A stretch of DNA of 64,000 bases from the NCBI RefSeq assembly GCF_006345805.1, contig NC_043007.1, positions 18,104,001 to 18,168,000 on the forward strand, written 5' to 3'. Of the stretch, positions 24,666-37,370 are shown one piece after another. Numbering within the stretch: the stretch's first letter is position 1; the number at the start of each line of letters is the position of its first letter. The notes below the pieces were generated by a model. It worked only from the letters and a program-made list of their open reading frames with translations. It searched no databases and was not told where the DNA came from. This stretch comes from Octopus sinensis (taxonomy: Eukaryota). The position numbers and the translations under genes are program-made.

Positions 24666-25826
24666 TCTCTTATTATAAAAGGCAGATTTTATCTGCCTCC
24701 CTTTGTAACTTATAGAAATCTACAATATAGGATTTCTTCAATTACAATTTACCTAGCATTTTTAAGAGTAGAATGCATCGGGTCATGCCAGGTCCAGTTT
24801 TTAAAATTTAAACTCCAATTAAGCAAAATTTACAGAAAACTCACATTCTGGTGTGTATGTCAAATGCTTTTCTTAGTCTGGTTTACAGCACACGCAAATG
24901 CACACACACAGTGTGCAACGAATAAAGTGAAACTAGATGTAATATTTGTTTCTGTCTATCACGCTGATAGATACATGAGTAAAATGTATGGCAAGCTAAC
25001 AGATAAGAGTGAGTGAAAATGTTCTTGGAAGAGAGTAAATAGCGACTAAAGACTAAACTGAAAGTATGAAACAGTGTTTATGTATAAACAGACGACACTT
25101 ATATAAACCCTTTCGTTACCAAACCGCCCAAATTTACCTATTCATATTTAAATGAGAATATCAGAGTAAATCTCTTTAGTACATTCGTGAAAACACGTAT
25201 TATACTTTGTAAACACTTCAAATACAGTTTTGTACAAAAATCGAAGTGTAATTTTAATTCCGTGAATTATGGGAGATTTTTTTCCGAAATTTGTTCCTAT
25301 TGTGTTTTCAAAATTTGTAATTCTGACAAAAAATGGATATGAATTTCATTATATCAAGCAGCGAGTCAGAATTTGAAGGATTTTCTACTGAAGACCTTCA
25401 TAAATCTAACTCTATGATTGAAAAAAAAAAGCATCTTTATATAAGAGTGAAGTTGTGTGTCTGTCTCCTACGATTTAGATTCGTTACTCCCACATTTTGC
25501 GGTGCAGTTTAACCAAAAGCGGGTATCTTATAGTCGTGATTCATATCGAGCCCTTCTGGGTATTAGCGCGCGTCTACGATGAGTCTACGATTTTAAAAAA
25601 ATTTACCATCATATTTTTCCATTTTAATGCATTTTTTTCGCTTTTATATAAGGGAAGTAACTCTCTAAAAATATCTACGATGTGTCAACGATTTTAAAAA
25701 AAAATTTACCTTAATTTTTTTTCAATTTTTAATGCATTTTTTTGCTATTTTTTGGCTATAACTCTCTAAAAATGCTTATATAGTTATTTCCCTTACAACC
25801 CGAGCAACACCGGGCGATACTGCTAG
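24666..25826 (+). mobile_element. Composite non-autonomous Helitron(s): two 5' ends and one 3' end
   Basis: 5' TC..TATA.. starts at 24666 and 25434. The 3' end CCCGAGCAACACCGGGCGATACTGCTAG matches the end at 19947. Confidence 0.65.
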
Positions 25827-25947
25827 TAGTTCATAATTGTGACATACATTCAATAGAGTCAAATATAAAAAATTCATGTTCTTATAGTCATATAGTTCCA
25901 AACCAATCAAAACCCAGCCTCAATGAATATAGTGAAAAGACTCCTAA

Positions 25948-26246
25948 CTGTATCCTGTTAGGAAACCAACCAAGCGGAACGACAAGTTTGGCCATGGAAG
26001 AAACACGTCATCATTTTTTTGACGAATCGAAATTAGATCTGACCCATGACTGTATCCTGTTAGGTGTCTAGCCCAGCAGAACGAGTAGTTTGACCACGGA
26101 AGAAAAAGTCATCAATGTTTTGACGAATCAGAATCGGGTCTGACCCATAGCTGTATCGTGTGAGGAAACCGATCAAGCAGGGTGACAATAGCTTGACCAC
26201 TGAGGTAACACGTCATCAATTTTTTGACGAATCAGAATTAGATCTG
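25948..26246. repeat. Three-unit tandem repeat with a period of about 102 bp
   Basis: CTGTATC starts at 25948, 26050 and 26151; shared TTTGACGAATC.GAAT..G.TCTG. Confidence 0.85.
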
Positions 26247-26485
26247 CTCGCAGAGAAAGAAATCTTTTTATAAATTTTTCCTTCCCTAAGACATATCACT
26301 GTCAGCGTGAGTGACTGTTTAAGAATCTGAGAAATTGTAATTCGCCCCACCTCCATTATTATAGTTCTCTCACTGTGGCCGTAGCAACAGTGACCACGGT
26401 GGTTGTAGTAGTAGTGCGAGTTGGGGCAGTCGTAGTGGTTGTGGTAGAATTTCGTTTTTCTTTTTCGGAGGACCAATGTTTTGTT

Positions 26486-27109
26486 TTAATATTCCTGGCC
26501 CAGGGTGTTCAAACTTGGTCTAAATTTTTTGATGAAATAAAGTTCTTTATTTTGGCGTTGCGTGAAGGTTACGCTGTCACTGAATTTATAAAGTGGGTAA
26601 GTTGTAAATTTCGGATTTACATTTGCAGCACATCTATCTATGTGTCCGCTGACCGGTATTTTCCGGTATTCAGGTATTTGTGATTTATGCACCGCCATCC
26701 TGTTACGTAAGCTATTTTTTGTATGGCCTATATACTGCCTATTGCAGCCTGCGCATGTTAAGACGTAAATTAAGTTTTCTGATGCACAGGTGAAGTTTGC
26801 TCTAATGGTGAGCTGATGGCCTTGTTCTAGTATAAATTCTGAACCTTCTACCAAGATGACACAGATTCCGCAGTTGGGCCTTCCACATTTTCTAACTGCT
26901 GGTTTTGTGGTTGATGTTGAGTGCTGTTTAGCTTGGGTTAAAATCCTTTTCAAGGATTTTGGTTGCCGTTTACTTTTAATGATGGTGTGTGTTTCAAGGA
27001 TCCGGTTCATCGTTGGGTCTCCCTTTAGCAGGGCTGTGCTTTGTAGTATGGTGCTGAAGGCCTCATTGTTGAGTGGGTTGTGTGTAGAGATGTAGGGAAG
27101 GGTTTTTAA
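26486..27109 (-). CDS. Penelope-like element ORF, 5'-truncated: linker, Cys motif and GIY-YIG endonuclease
   Basis: Open frame of about 207 codons: LPYISTHNP...KSKRQPKSLKRILT, CGRPNCGIC, IYVLTC..C...YIGHT...R...H, and ELYFIKKFRPSLN. This is the standard Penelope C-terminus. Confidence 0.9.
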   Translation of the reverse strand, partial: LKTLPYISTHNPLNNEAFSTILQSTALLKGDPTMNRILETHTIIKSKRQPKSLKRILTQAKQHSTSTTKPAVRKCGRPNCGICVILVEGSEFILEQGHQLTIRANFTCASENLIYVLTCAGCNRQYIGHTKNSLRNRMAVHKSQIPEYRKIPVSGHIDRCAANVNPKFTTYPLYKFSDSVTFTQRQNKELYFIKKFRPSLNTLGQEY

Positions 27110-27112
27110 TTG

Positions 27113-27157
<45 letters not shown>

Positions 27158-27806
27158 TATATACGATGGGCTTCTTTCAGTTTCCGTCTACCAAATCCAC
27201 TCAAGGCTTTGGTCGGCCCGAGGCTATAGTAGAAGACACTTGCCCAAGGTGCCACGCTGTGGGACTGAACCCAGAACCATGTGGTTCGTAAGCAAGCTAC
27301 TTACCACACAGCCACTCCTGCGTCTCCATTATGTAACCCAATGTAAATCACAGATGGGCAGGCAGGATGATAAAGAACAAAGTGTTTGTATGCAGCAAGC
27401 TGATGCACCAGAGTAGCTAACAGCAGGAGTAGCCATGAAATAAAATTTATTAAACACAACTTAGAAGTAGCTTGTTACCTAAGCAACCAAATTAGCATAG
27501 TGGAGACCAAGTTGTGGATCGGAATGTGAAAACATTCAACATTTCTGTTTGTAATTAGTCTAATTAATCATGCATTTCTAATATTGACAGAAAGCATACA
27601 ACGCACACAAGGATAATGTGTATCTTTAGGCTACTCTTTAGAGCTTTGACCTGTCACACAGTGACCTAGCTATGTCACTGTATCTTTTTTTATTAAAAAA
27701 AGATGTAAACAAAGATGTAAAGGCAGTGCTCCAGCATGGCCACAGTCAAATGACTGAAACAAGAAAAAGAATAAAAAGAATAAAAAAATATTAAAGAAAA
27801 TATTTT

Positions 27807-28200
27807 GGAGTGGCTGTGTGGTAAGTAGCTTGTTTACCAACCACATGGTCCCGGGTTCAGTCCCACTGCATGGCACCTTGGGCAAGTGTCTTCTACTATA
27901 GCCTTGGGCCGACCAAAGCCTTGTGAGTGGATTTGGTAGACGGAAACTGAAAGAAGCCCATCGTATATATGTGTATGTGTGAGTTTGTATATCTGTGTTT
28001 GTTCCCCCCAACATCCCTTGACAACTGATGCTGGTGTGTTTATGTCCCCGTCACTTAGCGGTTCGGCAAAGAGACCAATAGAATAAGTACTGGGCTTACA
28101 AAGAATAAGTCCTGGGGTCGAGTTGCTCGATTAAAGGCGGTGCTCCAGCATGGCCGCAGTCAAATGACTGAAACAAGTAAAAGAGTAAAAGAGAGAGAGT
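27807..28200 (+). mobile_element. Nin/Deu-like SINE
   Basis: Near-consensus copy. An inverted 5' half lies at 27135-27322. Confidence 0.85.
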
Positions 28201-28382
28201 AAAATAAGCTACAAAAATACTCATAAGAATACCTTTGTTTAACCAATTCAGAAATCTAAATTATATCATAATTAAAACTAAACAATTGAACACCTAAAGC
28301 AACTTAAATTACCATTTAAATGGAAATAATCCTCATCATAAACATAACACTTTTTTTTGAGATTAAAGCATTGTCTGAATAT

Positions 28383-28784
28383 GGATGGAAGCACTCCGTC
28401 GGTTACGACGATGGGGGTTCCGGTTGATCCGACCAACGGAACAGCCTGCTCGTGAAATTAACGTGTAAGTGGCTGAGCACTTCACAGACATGTGTACCCC
28501 TAACGTAGTTCCCTTAACGTAGTTCTCGGAGATATTCAGCGTGACACAGAGAGTGACAAGGCCGGCCCCTTGAAATACAGGTACAACAGAAACAGGAAGT
28601 AAGAGTGAGAGAAAGTTGTGGTGAAAGAGTACAGTAGGGATCACCACCATCCCCTGCCGGAGCCTCGTGGAGCTTTTACGTGTTTTCGCTCAATAAACAC
28701 TCACAACGCCCGGTCTGGGAATCGAAACTGCGATCCTATGACCGCGAGTCCGCTGCCCTAACCACTGGGCCATTGCGCCTCCAC
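28383..28784 (-). mobile_element. Full-length Ceph-like SINE with an 11-bp TSD
   Basis: Complete tRNA-like head on the minus strand. TSD TGTCTGAATAT (28372-28382; 28785-28795). Confidence 0.85.
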
Positions 28785-29149
28785 TGTCTGAATATAACAT
28801 TTAAATGAATAAAACATGGAAGATGATATTAAATGAAATAAAAAAAAAATTATATTGTAAGGTAGTGAATAGCATGGCTGTGTGGTGACCATATGGCTTC
28901 AGGTTCAGTCTCAACGCGTGGCACTTTGGGCAGGCATCTTCGACTATAACCCTGGGCTGACTAAAGACTTGAGTGGTTTCGGTAGATGGAAACAGAAAGA
29001 AACCCCTAGTGTATATATGTGTGCGTGTGTGTGCATATATATATATATATATATGTATGAGTAACACGCCCCCACCCCTGTCCAATGGAAGGTGCTGAAT
29101 CATATCTGTTGAATAAAAAGCAATCAGTGTTTTCTTTTCATTAAAATAT

Positions 29150-29613
29150 AATTAAGCATGCCTTTATTTCAATAAAATTTTTGGTTTTGTTAAACGAAGT
29201 TAAGGCACAAAAAAACTTCTTGAGAAACCAAATAGTCTTTCCTTCCTTCATGCCAAGTTTGAAGAAAATATCTCTTTTGCATCTTACTTTTTTGGTTTCT
29301 TAAATATACTATATTTTGTGGCTTTATTTTAAGCCAGTTGGCTTTTTTGCGCAAACTGCATGTGGATTTTTCTCACATGCGCGTAGTATCGATTGCAACA
29401 GCCTATGTACTTGCACACACAAATGCATGTTCCCACGGCTATATCAATCACATTCTCACCTGGAATCGATTTTTGTAATTTTTTCAAGGCTTATTCAATG
29501 CCCTGATACCGTTGGTATCTACATATCAAATTTGAGCGCAATCGGATGGAGTATGCCTGAGATCCTAGAAGACACACACACAGACAGACAGACAACGGAT
29601 TTTATATAATAGA
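29150..29613 (-). mobile_element. Helitron-like 5' fragment
   Basis: Minus strand 5' TCTATTATATAAAATCCGTTGTCTGTCTGTCTG. No 3' CTAG end was found. Confidence 0.5.
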
Positions 29614-29619
29614 TATATA

Positions 29620-31304
29620 CAGGATGTAACAAGTAAATTGGGACAAATTTCAAATAGGTATATTTCTAATTGTATAGATTTTGTTGGAGTCTAAATTATA
29701 AATATTACCAGCTTGAACAATCACTTGTACTATTTTGTATTTCAGATTAAACAATCTATGAATATTAATGAAGAATCAAACTGTAGAAGTGTAATTGTAG
29801 AATTGTTCTGGGCCGGCAAAAGTGCTGGGGAGATTGTTAGAGCCACAAAGTGTGCCAACTCTACTGTTTTTAGAGTTGTAGCCAATTTGAAGAAAAGCCA
29901 GGATGTTCAGAGAAAGCCTCACAGTCCTCGTAAAGACTGAAAATGCACACCTCACTTCTTAATAGGACTTGAAAGATCAACTGAGTTGAACCCATCAAAA
30001 TCAATTGTGAAGTTGGCTCAAGATTGAGGAATCAGCAAAATGACTATTTCTAGGGTTGTGAGACAGGACCTCCATATGCAATCATACATGAGGAGACACT
30101 GTAACATCCTAACTACCCACTCCAAAGCCATTTGAGCTGAAAGAAGTCCCAACTTCTGGATCTTTTCGGTTTGAACGGCTGTTTTTTCTAGCAGTGTCAT
30201 ATGAAATTGTCACTCATAATTATGACCCTGGTATCGATCTATTGCATTTCAATCTGTTTTAGGGTTAGGGGGAGGGGGATGAGGGTATCTTTTTTTCTTC
30301 AGAAATGTAAATAAACCCAATCTGTTTCTTAAATGAGGGACATATTCATACAGCACAGAATGTTATTTACCTCAATGGACGTCATTGATTGGTTGAAATT
30401 GCAGAAATTGAAGGAAAAAAACAACAAATATCTTACAAATTATAGAATTTTCTAAATAAAGCCAAGAGAAAAAGATGTTTTATAAACACATTCTACCAGT
30501 ATACGAAGTTTAAAAGTGTTTAGTTACCTAGAAATTATGTTAAAAACTGCCGTTCAAACCAAAAAGATCCGAACTTCTTAGTTATCTGAAACATTGTGGC
30601 GGAGACGTCCACATCTTCATGGATGCAAGGGAGTTCCTGATAGACGAAGTTGCAAACTATCACAACTCACAAGTGACAGTGTATGACCCTTCCCATATCC
30701 CTTCAGCTATGCATAGCAAGAATCCGGCTTCCATCATGGTCTTTGGAGCTGTTGCAAGTAAGTGATGGGAAATTGATGCCACCTCATTTTATTGAAGCAG
30801 TTCTTAAAATCAACACAGCAAATTATCTCAAAATCTTAGAAGTTTTGTTGCCTTGGATTAGGAAGCATTATGATGCAAGTGGAGTCATGTTTATGCAGGA
30901 CTCTGTGCTAGCCCAGTCTTCGAAAAGAGAGCAAGAATTTTCGAAGAAGGAATTGCCCATGTTTGTCTCTAAAGATATCTGGCCCTCTAGCTTGCCAGAT
31001 TTGAATGTGTGAGTTTTTGCTTTGGGGGTGCAGATGAAGTAATATCCAACGCAACTTCTCACAACAGTGTGTCTTCACTGAAGGCTTCAGTGAAAAAGAA
31101 AAAAATAGTTACGGCATGCGCATCATTTTGTAAATGGATTGAACTGATAAAGAAAATAAATGACGGTCTCACTGAACTGAAATGAGTGCTAAACACGCCA
31201 CAATAAATTGACATAAACATGAAACTTGCAGCGATTGATCTTTCAAAGTTGTACTGATTATATCAAAGATATTAAAATGGATCCAATTTACCTGTTACAC
31301 CCAG
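29620..31304 (+). mobile_element. Decayed maT / DD37D Tc1-mariner transposon, apparently full length
   Basis: TIRs CAGGATGTAACAAGTAAATTGG / CCAATTTACCTGTTACACCCAG. Transposase pieces: IVELFWAGKSAGEIV..., FLIDEVAN, FMQDS...WPSSLPDLN. After repairing a 2-nt deletion there are 37 residues between the second D and the third acidic position. Confidence 0.85.
30158..30570. mobile_element. MITE inserted in the maT transposase
   Basis: TIR GGATCTTTTCGGTTTGAACGGC / GCCGTTCAAACCAAAAAGATCC; 8-bp TSD CAACTTCT / GAACTTCT. Confidence 0.8.
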
Positions 31305-31593
31305 TGTGTGTGTGTATATGTATGTATGTATATATATATATATATCACGGTTGCAACGCCAGATGGTTGTACCTCCAACCGTGCTGTTTACTGCTGTGAT
31401 TTTTGCTACTAAGGTATCGGTTAAACTTTTGATTAATCTACTACAAGATTATTCATCTTTCTATTTCACATATATATATATATATATAATATATATATAT
31501 ATACACCTGGTAACTGTTTATTGAATTTTCCATGTTAACGATAAACAAAGGATAATTCATTCATCCATTTACATATATATATATATATATATA

Positions 31594-32354
31594 CTAGCAT
31601 TAAAGACCCGTCGTTGCCGGGTCATAGTGCTAGTGCATGTATATATGTGTATATATATGTGTACATATTACATGTACATCTATATATATACATCTACACA
31701 TAAAATGCAAAATACAAAGTTATATCTTGATATTGCTAGTGATAAAAATACTCAAAATATATAACAGACTGGAATTGTTAGCTCTTCTTTTTTCTCTACA
31801 TTGTATACTTTATAGACAATAGTCTTTTCTTTAATTTAATTTTTTATTATCCATCTGGACTATTCCATTTCTGCACGCTAATTTTATTTTTAATTTATTC
31901 CCATTCATGGGAAACCACTTATTCAAGTTCAAATCATTGATGCAATTTTATACCAATTGCTATTTTTACTTTTTTTTATGTTACGGTTATATTATACTTT
32001 AGTTTGATTTTAATTATTACTTACTACATATAATTCAATTGTTATTATTTTTATTGTTAAAGTGAAAGTATCTGACATAAAATAGAGAAATGTTTTTGTT
32101 TCACTTTTAACACGTAATACTGAAATAGTGGAGAAGATATGATACCATAAGTAAGGCGTGTGTAAAATTTGAATGAAATTGGTTGTGTAGTTCTCAAGTT
32201 TTAGGGAATCGTAGTGGAGAAGATATGTTATTGCTGTGGGCTCCCCGGACCCTAAGTCAGTCATATGTAAAATTTAAATGAAATTGGTTGTGTAGTTCTC
32301 AAGTTTTAGGGAAACAAAGACAGACACACATTCTCAGTTTTATTTATATAAAGA
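31594..32354 (-). mobile_element. Non-autonomous Helitron
   Basis: Minus strand 5' TCTTTATATAAATAAAACTGAG, hairpin GACCCG-GCAACGA-CGGGTC and 3' CTAG. It has an internal duplication of about 90 bp at 32120-32310. Confidence 0.75.
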
Positions 32355-32431
32355 TTATATATATATACCTGGTAACTGTTTATTGAATTTTCCATGTTAA
32401 CGGTAAACAAAGGATAATTCATTCATCCATT

Positions 32432-32469
<38 letters not shown>

Positions 32470-32956
32470 TGTGAGTATGTTTGTCTCTGCTTGTCTTCAT
32501 ACCATGTGATTGTTGTAAATAAATGTTATTCACTTCCAATATTCTACAAAAGCATGTCTAACCATGGGAAAATATTGCCTTGCTTGGAAACAGGTGAGGG
32601 TTAGTGACAGGAAAGGCATTCGTCTATACAAAAATCTGCCTTCATAAAATCTGTCCAACTCATGCATGCAATGGAAAAGTGAACATAAACCCATTAGTAT
32701 TTAAACTGGCCAAATCTGGCCCAAATATTTTAACTGTTTTATGCTCAAACTGGCCAGATCCAGCCTGTTGTACCTACTCTTATGTCTCATTCTAAAAATA
32801 AACAATCACGTCATTGAAATCTCAAAGCTATAAGATAATATTTGATTAATTGAAAACAATGTTGATAAATAAGCTTTGCATCTGACAGAGTAATCTGAAC
32901 ACTAAAGGGTTAAAATGATGATTGAAAAGTTTATCAAACAAACACTACATCTATAC

Positions 32957-33175
32957 CAGTGGTTTTCAACCAGGGTTCCGCGGAACCTTAGGGTTCCGCC
33001 AGTACAGTCCAGGGGTTCCGCAAGAAGTTACAAAACTGCTAAAATCGGCAGTAATTTTTAAGTCTCCTGTGCAGATATGTGTGCATAAGACTATTAAATT
33101 ATTGCACAGGGGTTCCTCGAGCCAGTGGAATGTTTCCTTGGGGTTCCGCTCCAGCAAAAAGTTTGAAAAGCACTG
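32957..33175. mobile_element. hAT MITE
   Basis: CAGTGGTTTTCAAC / TTTGAAAAGCACTG; TSD ATCTATAC / TTCTATAC. Confidence 0.8.
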
Positions 33176-33789
33176 TTCTATACAATAAGGGTTAAATCAA
33201 AAATACAAATCCTAAATTTGTGCTTAGAAAAAAGGGATTGCTTCCACCAGAGCTTCCTTTATTAGAAACACTTAAATCTGGACAAACAAGTTTCAGTGCA
33301 AAAAAATAGTCAAACTAATATGTGTGTGAAAATGGAAATTTTAATGCATTATATTGGATAATTTAACATTTAGTTGCAGCTGGAACTGGTAAAAGTGTAC
33401 TGACTGACTAATTCTGGAAAACCAATAATTGCTCACTGAAGGAGAAAGGTGTGTTGAGAGCATAGTAGCCAGAGTAAGAATGACATGGAATTATTTCTGC
33501 TTTCAATAACAATTTTTTCAAGCTGATGAATAGGTTGTCTGATTCTTTACTTTTTTTACTTTGTTTCAGGCACCGGATTGCGGTCAAGCTGGGGCACTGC
33601 CTTCAAGGGTTGGCTGAATAAATTGACCCTAGTATTTATCTTTAAGTCTGGTACTTATTCTATTGGACTTCTTTTTGTCAAACTGCTATGTCATGGGGAC
33701 ATAAACAAACCAACACTGGTTGTCAAGTGATAGAAGATGGGTGTGTCAAGACAAGCACATACACACACACGACAGATTTCCACCAAGTT

Positions 33790-34008
33790 TCTTATTTCTT
33801 TACTGTCCACAAGGGGACAAACAAGGACAGACAAACGGATTAAGTCGATTATATCAATCCCAGTGCATAAATGGTATTTATTTAATCGACCCCAAAAGGA
33901 TAAAAGGCAAAGTCGACCTCGACGGAATTTGAACTCAGAACATAGCAGCAGACGAAATACTGCTAAGCATTTCGCCCAGTGTGGTAACGTTTCTGCCAGC
34001 TCGCCGCC
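33790..34008 (-). mobile_element. Meta-like SINE
   Basis: Reverse complement of the family consensus. Confidence 0.8.
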
Positions 34009-34234
34009 AAGTTTCTGTCTATCAAATTCACTCGTAAGGTATTGGTAGAAGACGTTAGCTCAAGGTGCAATGCAGTGAGATTGAACCTAAAACCAAGTGA
34101 TTCCAAAGGAAGCATTTTTAACCACACAGCCATGCCTGATGTATGATGTGTAATAGTAAAACATGGTCAGATTTATAAAAGCCAGAAAGAAACAAAGGGG
34201 GCATGCTCAACTGGATGTGCAATATTAATACGCC

Positions 34235-34523
34235 CCATTTTGTGTCCGTTGCCAGCCTTGCCTGGCCCTCGTGCCGGTGGCACATAAAAAGCACCATCCG
34301 TTCGTGGCCGTTTGCCAGCTCTGTCTGGCACCAGTGCGGGTGGCATGTAAAAAGCACCCACTACACTCACGGAGTGGTTGGCGTTAGGAAGGGCATCCAG
34401 CCGTAGAAACACTGCCAGATTTGACTGGGCCTGATGAAGCCTTCTGGCTTCACAGACCCCAGTAGAACCGTCCAACCCATGCTAGCATGGAAAACGGACG
34501 CTAAACGATGATGATGATGATGA
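34235..34523 (+). mobile_element. RTE 3' UTR copy
   Basis: Tandem hairpin units and (GAT)n tail. Confidence 0.8.
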
Positions 34524-34649
34524 TTAATAACAAAGGCAAAATAAGTTGAGAAAATAATGGATCTTTAAAAAGAATTGATCTACTATGAAAGAAAGAAGAC
34601 TGTGCAGGTATAAACATGTTCACAGGTGGGATATTACAATAGTTTAAAA

Positions 34650-34950
34650 CAGTGGTTCTCCAAGAGGGCAGTATTGCCCCCCCCCTGGGGGTGGTGGAAA
34701 CTTCCAAGGGGCATTGAAGAAAGGTGGGGGCAATGATGGGGTAGTGAGGTGAAAATTGGGGCGATAATGGGGTGGTAATTCATGTAAAAACAACAAAAGA
34801 TGGGTTTGCTAGGTTAAGTTTTATTTGTGAAATACAGTTGCATTGAATTTGCTTCAAAAAGAGGTCTATGTTTTGTGATGGTTTGTTGGGATGAGGGGGC
34901 ACTAGGAATGTGTCTAGGGGGCACAGCCCGTAAAAGTTTGAGAACCACTG
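34650..34950. mobile_element. hAT MITE
   Basis: CAGTGGTTCTCCAA / TTTGAGAACCACTG; TSD GTTTAAAA / GTTTAAAG. Confidence 0.8.
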
Positions 34951-36584
34951 GTTTAAAGAGATACCAAGCAATTTATATGGAACAAATCATGAAGAAAGAC
35001 TGAAGAAGGAAAAAAAAATGATAAAAGCTGATTTCTTGAGGTTGAACCTCAGAAGAGATAAAGGACTACGTCAAATGATGATGCTGTGCTAGGAAGCACC
35101 TTTCAACTTATGCTAGTATGAACAAGGGATATACATTGATGAGGAAACACGTATGTATGTATGCATGTGTGTGTGTGTATTTCTTATCTTTTATCATTTA
35201 CTTGTTTCAATCATTGGACTGTGGCCATGCTGGGGCACTGCTTAGAAAGGTTTTGTCGAGTAAATTGACCCTAGTACTAATTTTCAAAGTCTGGCACTTA
35301 TTCTATCAGGCTCTTTTGCTGAACTGCTAGATTACAGGGATGTAAACAAACCAACACTGGTTGTCAAGGGGTGGGGCAAACAAAGACATACACACATAAA
35401 ACACACACACTGGGCTTTCACAAAGTTTCTGTCAACCAAATTCACTTACAAGGGCTTGGTCAACCTAGGGCTATAATAAAAAACACTTGCCCAAAATGGT
35501 ATGCAGTGGGACTGAACCCAAAACCTAGTGGCTGCAAAGTGAGCTTCTTTGCATGGCTGTGTGGTTTTACATTCACTTCATAACCATCTGTCTGGTTCCA
35601 GTTTCGTACCCACTGCAACATCTTGGGCTGCACAATGGAAATGTCCTGCATGTATCATGGGTATCTTCCGTAACCTTGGTTTGACAAATAAATACCTTGT
35701 CAGTGGAATTAATTTAGTATTTGGAAATTGTGCAGATCCCTATCTTCTGTATGTGTTTGTGTATGTGTCTGAGCCCTAGAAATCATGAGGTCTGTTACTC
35801 AATTTCCATGGTGTACAAGTGGCTGAGATCACAACATTCCCCCTGAACTGAACGTTAGTCCACTACATTGTTCAAAGTCAGCATTTCTGAGGGGAAGGGA
35901 AAACTGACTACATCAGCCTTCCTCTAGTTATCAACCTCAAAGGAATTAATGGTAAAGTTGACCATGGCAGGATATGAACCTCAGAATATCAAGGGCCAGA
36001 AGAAAAGAGTTGCCAAGCATTTTGTCGAATGTACGAACAATTCTACCAGCTCGCTGCCTTTGTGTATGTATATCTGTGTATACATACATACACACACACA
36101 CATCGCTTTTATCCTTCGAAACGTAGAGTAGATGAAACCTTTAGCGACTGAAGAAGGGGTTTGTTCTTTGTGTTAATTGTCCTGTACTCTATTTTTTTGC
36201 TGTTTTTAAAAAAATGTCCAGTTCCTTTGGTTTGTGTCTATGTTTTCGTTTCTCATTGTGTTCGACGTCCTTTTGGTGTCCTGTACTCATATATGCGTGT
36301 ATATGTACATGTAGAGGTAGGTACGTACATATATGTTTATATATATGCATATGTTTTATTTTATTTATTAATATATATATATATATCTCCCCGAAGAAGA
36401 TTTTCTACAGCCAGATGCCTTTCGCGCTGCCAAACCCCCCAATAATATATCCCCCATAGCCAGATGTTTTTCACAGAAGACTGGAAATGAACAACAGCCC
36501 TGTATGACAATGATACTCATTTATAACAATCACATTATGTCTTGACAAGGGCACACACAACAGACATACACATACACTTACATA

Positions 36585-36814
36585 CATAGTTGGCCAAAAG
36601 TCACCTGACAGTAAATCAAAATTCCATAAATAATGTCTGTAATTCTGTATTGACTCGATTGGAAAATTGTGTCACTCAAGGACTTCTGTTTGAACAATTT
36701 TCATCATGTTTCATATTTAAATGCTTTTATTAAATTCATTCAGTTGTTAAACATAAATAAATCTTGGAATTAAATGGTTTTGATTTACTGTCTGGTGACA
36801 TCTGGCCAACCCTG
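36585..36814. mobile_element. Tc1/mariner-type MITE
   Basis: TA-flanked TIRs CATAGTTGGCCAAAAGTCACCTGACAGTAAATCAAA / TTTGATTTACTGTCTGGTGACATCTGGCCAACCCTG. Confidence 0.75.
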
Positions 36815-36883
36815 TATACATAAACAACTAGCTTCTTCCAGTTTCTGCCTACCAAATCCATTTACAAGACATTGGTCTTCTAT

Positions 36884-37046
36884 AGGCGTAGGAATGGCTG
36901 TGTGGTAAGTAGCTTGCTTACGAACGACATGGTTCCGGGTTCAGTCCCATTGCATGGCACCTTGGGCTAGTGTCTTCTACTATAGCCTCGGGCCGACCAA
37001 AGCCTTATGAGTGGATTTGGTATACAGAAACTGAAAGAAGCCCGTC

Positions 37047-37143
<97 letters not shown>

Positions 37144-37370
37144 GTGTGTGTGTGTGTGTCTGTGTTTGTCCCCCCCCCCACCACCACATCGCTTGACAAC
37201 CGATGCTGGTGTGTTTATGTCCCCGTCACTTAGCGGTTCAGCAAAAGAGACCAATAGAATAAGTACTAGGCTTACAAAGAATAAGTGCTGGGGTCGATTT
37301 GCTCGACTAAAAGGCGGTGCTCCAGCATGGCCACAGCCAAATGACTGAAACAAGTAAAAGAGTATAAAAG
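36884..37370 (+). mobile_element. Nin/Deu-like SINE with expanded internal (TA)n(TG)n
   Basis: Family head, core and tail. Confidence 0.85.

Noticed and set aside
28700-28784. tRNA-like sequence (also 15759, 17668, 48430)
   Set aside because: These are SINE heads that continue into the SINE body and are flanked by TSDs. No complete acceptor stem is present.
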